Assembly: GCA_018262795.1 (NCBI GenBank)
Contig: JADFDM010000011.1
Span: 44,143-108,142, forward strand
Direction: 5' to 3'
Source of the DNA: Sphingobacteriales bacterium
Lineage (GTDB): Bacteria; Bacteroidota; Bacteroidia; Chitinophagales; LD1
Length of the DNA: 64,000 nucleotides
Numbering within the stretch: the stretch's first letter is position 1; each line of letters opens with the position of its first letter. The notes beneath the pieces are model-generated. The model was not told the DNA's origin. It made no database searches and worked only from the letters and a program-made list of their open reading frames with translations. The position numbers and the translations under genes were made by a program. Shown here one piece after another: positions 48,406 to 57,937 of this stretch.

Positions 48406-51400
48406 CTTGTAACCTGTCTGTGAAAGAACTGAATCTGAAAGCAAATCACAACCCTACTATCGCGCTAAAGTTTCCATAAGTCCTTGTAACCTGTCTGTGA
48501 AAGAACTGAATCTGAAAGCAAATCACAACCACCGGATATAAGCACGTTACAACCTGCCCCTTGTAACCTGTCTGTGAAAGAACTGAATCTGAAAGCAAAT
48601 CACAACGTCTATCACTTGTTGAATATCTGTGTAAAACTTGTAACCTGTCTGTGAAAGAACTGAATCTGAAAGCAAATCACAACCGTTCAACTATCGGGTC
48701 TCCAACTCCTGTGCTTGTAACCTGTCTGTGAAAGAACTGAATCTGAAAGCAAATCACAACAAAAGGTAAGTCGTTAACTGCGGAAGAGCCTTGTAACCTG
48801 TCTGTGAAAGAACTGAATCTGAAAGCAAATCACAACCAGAACGCAATAAGGCAGTTAGCAGGTTTGCTTGTAACCTGTCTGTGAAAGAACTGAATCTGAA
48901 AGCAAATCACAACACAATGTGTTAGGCACGTATAACGCTTCTGCTTGTAACCTGTCTGTGAAAGAACTGAATCTGAAAGCAAATCACAACATTGCTGAAT
49001 TACAATCACAATGCAAATATCTTGTAACCTGTCTGTGAAAGAACTGAATCTGAAAGCAAATCACAACATAAAACAAAAAGCAATGGCAAAGATTATCCTT
49101 GTAACCTGTCTGTGAAAGAACTGAATCTGAAAGCAAATCACAACTTTATACCTAAAGTTGTTTCGCTTGCCGTACTTGTAACCTGTCTGTGAAAGAACTG
49201 AATCTGAAAGCAAATCACAACAACAACTTGCTTTTGCAAATCATATCTTGAACTTGTAACCTGTCTGTGAAAGAACTGAATCTGAAAGCAAATCACAACT
49301 GGTTCTTTGCGTTTGAAAGTATAATGATGCTTGTAACCTGTCTGTGAAAGAACTGAATCTGAAAGCAAATCACAACCTATAACATTTTTTTGATAAAATT
49401 AAATCACTTGTAACCTGTCTGTGAAAGAACTGAATCTGAAAGCAAATCACAACCACCTGATAACAGGAAGCAAACACCACTCACTTGTAACCTGTCTGTG
49501 AAAGAACTGAATCTGAAAGCAAATCACAACCGGTGCAACGCTTCACCGAATTTTCAAAAACTTGTAACCTGTCTGTGAAAGAACTGAATCTGAAAGCAAA
49601 TCACAACCTTTGCAATGCGGGTCAACATCCCTGTCAGCTTGTAACCTGTCTGTGAAAGAACTGAATCTGAAAGCAAATCACAACCTTAAAGAGCAGGTTG
49701 TAACAGGCATGGGGCTTGTAACCTGTCTGTGAAAGAACTGAATCTGAAAGCAAATCACAACCATTACAATGCGGGTCAACATCCCTGTCAGCTTGTAACC
49801 TGTCTGTGAAAGAACTGAATCTGAAAGCAAATCACAACTAGCAATCTCAAAGGCTACACTCAGGTGGTCTTGTAACCTGTCTGTGAAAGAACTGAATCTG
49901 AAAGCAAATCACAACAGACATGAAGGCATAGAACAAGTAAGACACTTGTAACCTGTCTGTGAAAGAACTGAATCTGAAAGCAAATCACAACTATGGCAAT
50001 AAGTATGGCCGCATAACCCCTCTTGTAACCTGTCTGTGAAAGAACTGAATCTGAAAGCAAATCACAACCCCTCTTTTCATCTTACTTTCGCGCACGTCCT
50101 TGTAACCTGTCTGTGAAAGAACTGAATCTGAAAGCAAATCACAACCAGACCCGCGAGGTTCTGCCGGAGGCGGAGCTTGTAACCTGTCTGTGAAAGAACT
50201 GAATCTGAAAGCAAATCACAACCTACTTTCGCTGCTTGTAGTGTTTGCTTTTCTTGTAACCTGTCTGTGAAAGAACTGAATCTGAAAGCAAATCACAACA
50301 AACAAAAACTATTTCCATTCACTGGCAACCTTGTAACCTGTCTGTGAAAGAACTGAATCTGAAAGCAAATCACAACTAACATCCTCTGATGGAACAATAA
50401 ACATTGCTTGTAACCTGTCTGTGAAAGAACTGAATCTGAAAGCAAATCACAACGACAATCACTGGGCACACTTCTAAGAATGGCTTGTAACCTGTCTGTG
50501 AAAGAACTGAATCTGAAAGCAAATCACAACCTGTGGCTGGACGTTAATAATTGAACTTTTCTTGTAACCTGTCTGTGAAAGAACTGAATCTGAAAGCAAA
50601 TCACAACTTATAGCAAAAGTTACAGGTATGGGAACTTCTTGTAACCTGTCTGTGAAAGAACTGAATCTGAAAGCAAATCACAACCTATCCCAAGTTTCTC
50701 TCATTTCTTGTTTACTTGTAACCTGTCTGTGAAAGAACTGAATCTGAAAGCAAATCACAACTTGCTTAACTTTTTCATGGTGTTTAGTTTTCTTGTAACC
50801 TGTCTGTGAAAGAACTGAATCTGAAAGCAAATCACAACGTTAGTTCTGCTTTCACTTAACGTTATAGTCTTGTAACCTGTCTGTGAAAGAACTGAATCTG
50901 AAAGCAAATCACAACTTCCCCGTTGTAGTTGTCTTTGAAATCAACTTGTAACCTGTCTGTGAAAGAACTGAATCTGAAAGCAAATCACAACTTTTCAGCA
51001 ATCCATCTTTTTGTAAATGTTCTTGTAACCTGTCTGTGAAAGAACTGAATCTGAAAGCAAATCACAACTGTTGATTATCTGCTAATCCATACGTCATACT
51101 TGTAACCTGTCTGTGAAAGAACTGAATCTGAAAGCAAATCACAACATAACACTGTCATCCCAATAAGCAATCCTACTTGTAACCTGTCTGTGAAAGAACT
51201 GAATCTGAAAGCAAATCACAACATTGTTAGATAAGAACATAATAGATTGTGGCTTGTAACCTGTCTGTGAAAGAACTGAATCTGAAAGCAAATCACAACC
51301 AATCTCCCGTATTGCCCCTAAAAACACTGCTTGTAACCTGTCTGTGAAAGAACTGAATCTGAAAGCAAATCACAACGAATACAAAGCGGTATATCTTTTC

Positions 51401-51683
51401 GCTGCACTTGTAACCTGTCTGTGAAAGAACTGAATCTGAAAGCAAATCACAACACAGGGTGGCCTGTGGAGTCACTGCACGCTCTTGTAACCTGTCTGTG
51501 AAAGAACTGAATCTGAAAGCAAATCACAACATATCTTGCGGTATTACTCATTGCAATATTCTTGTAACCTGTCTGTGAAAGAACTGAATCTGAAAGCAAA
51601 TCACAACTAAGTTCAACATGCCATATGTGACAGTCACTTGTAACCTGTCTGTGAAAGAACTGAATCTGAAAGCAAATCACAAC
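48406..51683 (-). CRISPR. Type II-C CRISPR array: 43 copies of a 47-nt repeat, 42 spacers (37 of 30 nt, four of 29 nt, one of 31 nt)
   Basis: Repeat on minus strand GTTGTGATTTGCTTTCAGATTCAGTTCTTTCACAGACAGGTTACAAG, 77-nt period; no repeat variant seen by eye. Orientation inferred from tracrRNA complementarity and the terminator. Confidence 0.98.
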
Positions 51684-51783
51684 TTCACTAAATCCGCTAC
51701 CTGAATGAATTAAAATGCGAAAGAACTCAAAGTATGCTTGCCCAACTGATAGGAAAATCTCCGTATAAACCGATTCGCCCTCA

Positions 51784-52137
<354 letters not shown>

Positions 52138-52219
52138 TTATTTTTGTCTTCGGGAGAGCTTTCTACACTACCTCAACAAATAAGCCGGAAACGCTCTCGT
52201 TTATTCACGGCAGCCATAT

Positions 52220-53158
52220 TTATCGGTACCGCTTACTCCTTTCCATTACTTCGAACTTAGGAAACAGTATTTTTTTCACTTCGCCTTCAAAGCATTTGGC
52301 AAGTGTAGCGGTGCTTCGCTGCGCAGCAACAAATAGAGGGCTTTTATCTTTCTCTAACAGCACATCTACCGAAGCCACATTCAGCAATCGGTTTTTGTTT
52401 TCGGTGTTCAATTCGCGGTAGTCTTTTTTCTCTTTTATTAAGCTGCGAACGATGTAATCCACGTAAGGGCGATACGGCTCCATGATATCATCGGCAAGGC
52501 AGTAAGCATTATATCTGTTGCGGTGAAAAATGCCGAGGGTGGGCAGCAGCCCCGACCCCACTAAACTGCGAGCGACAATAGCGCGGATAATAGCATAACC
52601 ATAGTTCAGTAGATGATTCGGAGGCGAGCCATCACGCCTGCGGTAAAAATCCATTTCGGGTGGAAATAAGTTCCTCCAGTAGTAAGCTGCAGCCGTGGCT
52701 TCGGCATTGCCTTTATCGCCACTGCGAATATCCGCTGCTAAAGAAAGCAGCGGGCCGGTATCGGTTTCAAAATATTCCAACACAGCCGCCTGATTCTGAA
52801 TTTTGGCAGCTATGGTCTGCGCCCACAGTTGCTTTTTCATCGGCTCGGTAGCTTCTATCTGTGCTTTGAAGCGTTCGCTTTGTATGCTGTGCCCGTCTAA
52901 GTTGAGCAGCAAGCCCACGGGATGGTGGGTGGCATTGCAAGTGATCACGGCCACATTATTTTCAAGAAGTTTATGGAGAGTGGTTTGGGTGATGGTGATT
53001 TGTTGATGATCTAATACCACCACTCCTACATCTTCTATTGGCACCGTTTTATCTTCCGCATCCTCCATACCGGCAATACCTTTATAGCTCACCACCAATT
53101 GCTCTTGACGAGTTTTCAGATAGGCCGGATTGCCGAAATAAAGGGTGCGCTTGATCAT
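52220..53158 (-). CDS. cas1: Type II CRISPR-associated endonuclease Cas1
   Basis: VPIEDVG, NAEATAA.YYW, LLNYGYAIIR, GIFHRN..NAYCLADDIMEPYRP. Confidence 0.97.
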   Translation of the reverse strand: MIKRTLYFGNPAYLKTRQEQLVVSYKGIAGMEDAEDKTVPIEDVGVVVLDHQQITITQTTLHKLLENNVAVITCNATHHPVGLLLNLDGHSIQSERFKAQIEATEPMKKQLWAQTIAAKIQNQAAVLEYFETDTGPLLSLAADIRSGDKGNAEATAAAYYWRNLFPPEMDFYRRRDGSPPNHLLNYGYAIIRAIVARSLVGSGLLPTLGIFHRNRYNAYCLADDIMEPYRPYVDYIVRSLIKEKKDYRELNTENKNRLLNVASVDVLLEKDKSPLFVAAQRSTATLAKCFEGEVKKILFPKFEVMERSKRYR

Positions 53159-53164
53159 AAAAGG

Positions 53165-56100
53165 TCATTTAAAACATTCCTCCCCTTTGGCAACTATCTC
53201 ACCTAAGATATTAAGTCGAACCTTGATAACATTTAGCTTGTCATGCGACAATTTAAAAGAACTCAATTTAATACACTTAGAAATTTCTTTAGCACTGGGA
53301 TAAGATTGGGCGTTTGAACTTTTCTTCGTTTTCAAAAGCGAAACATAACCGTATTCATATTCTTTGCCGTTTGTGGTAACAATACTTGAGGAAAGTCCCT
53401 TTACAATATATAATCGCTCTTTCAATTGGGTTACATTTCCCCAGTTGTAATTTTCTTTTTCCTTTTCATCAATATAAAGAGCAACTACATCCCCCTGTTT
53501 GAGCCACTTACAATCTTTATTAATTCCTATTTCATTTTTTTCATCATGATACAATTTACCCCCCTCATAATATAAACCACTATTAGCATTCTTTTTACTT
53601 ACAGCCTTATAGAATGAAATAATCTCAAAACCCCGATTACTTCGCTTGTAGTTTCCCATTTTGTCAAAATTATTTTTATTGTATAGAGCCATTAGAGCAT
53701 TGTTATCATTTTCTACCCATCTATTGTTAAAGATCAGATTATCATCTTCATCTTTAGCGACAAGTTGTATAAGCGATCTATCGGTATTATATCGCTGTCT
53801 TATGGATTTTACAATTGGTAGGGGCTTTCCCTTCTTTTTACTGGTGTGCTTTTCAGGTGTATTAGGGCTTGTTCTATAAAATGGATTCTTTTCCATTTCA
53901 CTTTTAAGAAACGCATTATTACCTAAGGCTTCAAGTCTTTGTCGAGTTATTGAGTAAAGTTCATCATCTGGTATATAATGCCATTTTAATTGCCCTTTTA
54001 CTTTATAGTCAAGATCGTTTGAGTATTTAAATAAAACTTTATCCTTTCTTTGATCATCAAACAATTCAACCCTGCGAACAGTTGTTCCATTTCTTTTACT
54101 ATAAAATGCGTCTTTGTGTAATTTACCTTGTGGAGCATAGGTTTCATGTACTATCACCCCATCCTTGGTTTTAATTCTGTTCTTACGTTTTTTAATCAAT
54201 GTTTGCTTCTCGCTGTGGCTCACTAAAATTGCCGCAATACTTTCTTTTACCTGTTGGTAATCAAAACTTCTTTCAATTTTATCTCTGTTTCTTAAATGCT
54301 TTTGCTCTCGGATAGCGTTGTAAGTACTAAGGTCTTTAATAATTATAGGTGAACAGCAAGCCGTGATAACTGCATCAATTGCGTGATGCCTATGGTCACT
54401 ACGATCTTTCTTACCGCTCTTATCTCTAAACTGTTTGAATTTTTCAAGTTCAAAAAACCAATACAATAAATCATTTCGTGTTTGCTTAATGTATTCGTTC
54501 AGGCTTTTATCCTCTGAAATATTTTTCCAATCAATCTTAAAGTCAGTGGTGTTATACTTCGATTCATACCATTGCTGGTAATCTTTTTTTATCCTGTAGT
54601 AGTTGATATAAATTTCATCCATATTAATGTCAGTTTCTTCCTCGTAACGTATCTTATCCAATAAATTAGAAAGTGTCCAATCATAATTTCTTAGCTCGGA
54701 TGTAGCTGAACCATTGGTAAATTGAACATTTTTGCACACCTCCTGCATTTTAGTTCGGGTGTATTTGGCTATGTATGATGTGTTGCTAATTTGGCTGCTC
54801 GAAAAACCTTCACTTACTGTTTCAGCTAAGAATAATTCCTTTTTCCCATCACCAAAATGGTGATACTTGCTTTTCATTCTTGCTTTAAATGATTGTACCG
54901 CATCTTCTCCTTTTCTACTTAAATATTCGATTGGCGTCATACTGCCCTTTTCAGCGTTAGTAATACTATAAGTTAGGGTTTTGTTATTAAACGAATCATC
55001 CAAGCTTCTACTTAATGGCATGATGTGTTCAATTTCAACATCTGAGCCAAAGCAATCAGTAAGGTTTATTACTGCTCCTGTATATGGGCACCGTCTTCCA
55101 CACTCCAACCAAAGATGGTGCTTAAGTCTATCTTGCTCTTTTGTGATTTTCGAGAAGTTTTTAAACTCAGCTATGAAGAACTCATCTTCTTCGTTCATGT
55201 TCATTTGCAGCCATAACTCATACTTTTTCACTATGGGACTGTTTTTGTAGATGTCATATTTAAAGCCAAGTTTTTCTTTATTGCCCGTTAAATAATCTGC
55301 GTATTGCTGTCTTAACTTGTCTTTATCTGCATTCTTTCTTCTTTCAGCTTCTCTCTCTTGTCTTGGTTTACGCAACTGTCTGGTAGATTCAATCCTTATT
55401 TCAAATGTATTTCTGTCTATTTCGGTTTCATATTTTTTGAGAATTGCATTTACCAGTTTAATGGTCTTCGATAAAGCTCGCTCAACTACAGGATTTCGTA
55501 ACTCCTGATACGCCAGCTGTGATATTTTCTCTTTAATTTGAACTTTCGCACCTACAGTGCCGTCTTCATTTACATAACCTCTCTTTGTTGCAACTAATGC
55601 ATCATGTTCGTTCAACCCATCACGCATAAATGGAAGAATTGCATTTAAAACCTTTGTAGAATAAGACCCATAATCAGACACTAACCCTTTAGCAAGTAAA
55701 CTCTTTACTTGCTCTTCAGTGAAATTCCATTTTGTTGGTTCAGCTAAAACGCACATCAGCCAGTCTTGCTCTTTAAATAAACCATCTTTCGCCATATATA
55801 AATGATGCCATAGGTCAGATAATTGGCTGGTTATTCTCCTTGATTGCATTTGGAACTCACCTTTCTTAATCTTCTGAAATAAATCAGGACCTAAAGCCTC
55901 CTTAAATCCTGCGTAAGTTACATTCCCAATAATTTTAGTTTCATTCTTTTCATCGCTTACTACGTCTTCATCGTTTTTATCAATGAAAAATTCAAATTCC
56001 GCTTCATTTTTTATAAATCCGTTATCCTTTAAAATTTTCCCAAAGTATGGCTTACCCTCCTCTTTAACCTTTTTCGTTCCTTTAAAATATACCTCCATAT

Positions 56101-57277
56101 TATCCATTAGTTCGCTGGCTAAAACTGAGAGCCATTTTTTTTCTAATGATTTTCTGAAAATATCCTGTTCCGGTGCTGAGTACTTTATTTGATGAAGCTT
56201 TTGCCAAATACGGAACTCTTGAAAAAGCGGATGACTCTTAGGGCAGGCTTTCTTTGCTTTCCTTTTCCAAATCCGTTTCTCCTTTACTGTAACATTATCT
56301 CCCTCGACTATTTCAACCTTATCCACATCAAATTGCCCTTTTTCAAATTGACAGTTTGAAACATACTTCTTCTGGGATTTTAAAGGCCTTTGATAATAAA
56401 TGCAATATTCGCGAATATGCCAGTAGTTTGTTTTCTTAAATTCTTTTAGAGCAGCAATTCGTTCCATATACGGTTTCTTCATTATCGCATCGAACTCGGC
56501 TTTACTTCCTGTTAGCTTGTCTGGGAAATATTGTTTTTGTGCAGCCCAAATCATATCAAACTCTTTCAAGTACATGTCCCGTAGAGTATATCTGCCATGA
56601 TGTCGTCTTATACCATTGCTATTGAAGAGTATTATATCGTTTTCATCTCCGTTGTTATAAGCCCTTTCATCAATCGGTTCATTATAGTTATGCCATTTGT
56701 CCTTCTCATAAAGCACTTTTGCCTTTTCGTGCATTTTGAAAAAATACTCCCCAATAGTTTTCGCACCAGATTTATCAATAAGGTGTTGTAGCTTTTCGTA
56801 TTCTGCTTTTACTACTCCTGTTTCTTTAGCGTTCTCCTGAGGATTTTTAGCGTTGCTTTTAAAGCCTCGATATTTATTCAACAACATAAAAATCCTACCA
56901 ATTTCTTCTGCTGGTATTCTATTTTCCGGCTTAATGGCATCCGCTCTCAGTTTGTATAATTCATAAGATTGTCCTTTGCCCTTCGCTTTATGATATAACT
57001 CGTATTTAGGCAGCATGCCTAAATTTTTCAAGGCAATTTTTAAATTTTCTCTTCTTTGCTTAAAGCGATACCTCATTCTGCTTGCACCACGGTAAGCCCT
57101 CCTTTGTTCATTTTTGGTTTTTTCTTTATTGCTTACGTCATCCACAATCGTTCCTATCGGGAAAATGTGAACTCCTGTTTTAATAATCTCAATTCTGCCG
57201 TCCTTAAATTCTTTAAGCAAGCACCAGCCCAAAGAATTTGTTCCAATATCTAGCCCGATTACATGTTTAAATTCCAT
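53165..57277 (-). CDS. cas9: Type II-C Cas9 (1370 aa), catalytic motifs intact
   Basis: RuvC-I GLDIGTNSLGW, Arg-rich bridge helix, RuvC-II IRIESTR, HNH EIEHIMP...NNKTL...NAEKG, RuvC-III DHRHHAIDA; no csn2 or cas4 in the locus. Confidence 0.97.
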   Translation of the reverse strand: MEFKHVIGLDIGTNSLGWCLLKEFKDGRIEIIKTGVHIFPIGTIVDDVSNKEKTKNEQRRAYRGASRMRYRFKQRRENLKIALKNLGMLPKYELYHKAKGKGQSYELYKLRADAIKPENRIPAEEIGRIFMLLNKYRGFKSNAKNPQENAKETGVVKAEYEKLQHLIDKSGAKTIGEYFFKMHEKAKVLYEKDKWHNYNEPIDERAYNNGDENDIILFNSNGIRRHHGRYTLRDMYLKEFDMIWAAQKQYFPDKLTGSKAEFDAIMKKPYMERIAALKEFKKTNYWHIREYCIYYQRPLKSQKKYVSNCQFEKGQFDVDKVEIVEGDNVTVKEKRIWKRKAKKACPKSHPLFQEFRIWQKLHQIKYSAPEQDIFRKSLEKKWLSVLASELMDNMEVYFKGTKKVKEEGKPYFGKILKDNGFIKNEAEFEFFIDKNDEDVVSDEKNETKIIGNVTYAGFKEALGPDLFQKIKKGEFQMQSRRITSQLSDLWHHLYMAKDGLFKEQDWLMCVLAEPTKWNFTEEQVKSLLAKGLVSDYGSYSTKVLNAILPFMRDGLNEHDALVATKRGYVNEDGTVGAKVQIKEKISQLAYQELRNPVVERALSKTIKLVNAILKKYETEIDRNTFEIRIESTRQLRKPRQEREAERRKNADKDKLRQQYADYLTGNKEKLGFKYDIYKNSPIVKKYELWLQMNMNEEDEFFIAEFKNFSKITKEQDRLKHHLWLECGRRCPYTGAVINLTDCFGSDVEIEHIMPLSRSLDDSFNNKTLTYSITNAEKGSMTPIEYLSRKGEDAVQSFKARMKSKYHHFGDGKKELFLAETVSEGFSSSQISNTSYIAKYTRTKMQEVCKNVQFTNGSATSELRNYDWTLSNLLDKIRYEEETDINMDEIYINYYRIKKDYQQWYESKYNTTDFKIDWKNISEDKSLNEYIKQTRNDLLYWFFELEKFKQFRDKSGKKDRSDHRHHAIDAVITACCSPIIIKDLSTYNAIREQKHLRNRDKIERSFDYQQVKESIAAILVSHSEKQTLIKKRKNRIKTKDGVIVHETYAPQGKLHKDAFYSKRNGTTVRRVELFDDQRKDKVLFKYSNDLDYKVKGQLKWHYIPDDELYSITRQRLEALGNNAFLKSEMEKNPFYRTSPNTPEKHTSKKKGKPLPIVKSIRQRYNTDRSLIQLVAKDEDDNLIFNNRWVENDNNALMALYNKNNFDKMGNYKRSNRGFEIISFYKAVSKKNANSGLYYEGGKLYHDEKNEIGINKDCKWLKQGDVVALYIDEKEKENYNWGNVTQLKERLYIVKGLSSSIVTTNGKEYEYGYVSLLKTKKSSNAQSYPSAKEISKCIKLSSFKLSHDKLNVIKVRLNILGEIVAKGEECFK

Positions 57278-57307
57278 TTGCGTTTGTTTTTTGTTTTATT
57301 AATATTG
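57277..57307 (+). promoter_or_regulatory. Probable tracrRNA promoter
   Basis: TTTG (57277-57280)-N19-TAATATTG (57300-57307), one mismatch to the Bacteroidota TTTG-N19-21-TAnnTTTG consensus, just upstream of the anti-repeat. Confidence 0.55.
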
Positions 57308-57310
57308 CTA

Positions 57311-57386
57311 TTGAAAGCTTATCACAACAAGGATTATTCCTTAGGCGATTAAGCCCTGCCCTTGGTTCGTCCCGGGGCTTTTTTTT
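57311..57386 (+). ncRNA. tracrRNA
   Basis: Anti-repeat TGAAAGCttATCACAAC (57312-57328, 15/17 to the repeat), nexus hairpin AAGGA-TTAT-TCCTT, hairpin AAGCCCTG/CGGGGCTT and U8 tail. Confidence 0.85.
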
Positions 57387-57624
57387 ATCCCCCATTCCCC
57401 GCCATTACATATCTTCTACAAATGCACCTCCACCTAAAAGAATAGCATGACCAATTCCGTCAGCCATGTAAAAATATCCGGGGAGTAAAGCCATCATGTT
57501 TTAATTTTTCAGCTAAAATAATTCACCACTGCGCCACCTATTTGCGCGGCATGTAATTGGCGAACGCAGATTGCCTCTTTACACTCGCCTCTCTCACTAC
57601 CCCTCTGTCTTGCTGATTAGATTC

Positions 57625-57655
57625 CAAATATATATTTCCTAGCTGTGAAAACAAA
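57625..57655 (-). promoter_or_regulatory. Consensus Bacteroidota promoter pointing toward cas9
   Basis: Minus strand TTTG (57652-57655)-N19-TATATTTG (57625-57632). Confidence 0.55.
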
Positions 57656-57937
57656 AATGAGTTTTAAAAGAATTAGGCGCTGCCCTAAAGTGGCCGCCTC
57701 TTGGCGGTAATGTCGGAAGAGTTAATGGTGTAATGGTTATTCGTTAATCGTTTATTAGAGATACTGCCGGCTATTTACAATAAATTGTTTTGAAGGGAAT
57801 GGTATGATTTTTTGATTGGCTCCAGCGAGATGCCGGCTAATGTGGGATTCAGAAATTTGAAAAGGAGGGAATTTAGAAAGGAGGGAATTCGCTTTCCGTT
57901 TCTTTCCTTTTACTCTTGCGCCACCTTCGCGAAGGTT

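Noticed and set aside
48406..48452. Promoter embedded in each repeat, as in Neisseria II-C
   Set aside because: The best candidate (TTCTTTCA) deviates from TAnnTTTG and its spacing to TTTG is too short; not supportable from sequence alone.
48837..48943. Spacers 6 and 7 contain attC-core-like words (GTTAGC, GTTAGGC, TATAAC)
   Set aside because: Motifs too short to be significant without protospacer hits.
49138..51680. Short minus-strand ORFs with repeated peptides (VVICFQIQFFHRQVT, CDLLSDSVLSQTGYK)
   Set aside because: These are translations of CRISPR repeats, not genes.
53165..57277. Possibility of a nuclease-dead or transposon-associated Cas9
   Set aside because: RuvC and HNH catalytic residues appear intact, and no transposase or accessory effector gene is adjacent.
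57872..57893. 10-nt match (TTAGAAAGGA) to the orphan 30-nt spacer-like segment
   Set aside because: Mismatch at the PAM-adjacent base, poor extension and not at an evident promoter; consistent with chance.
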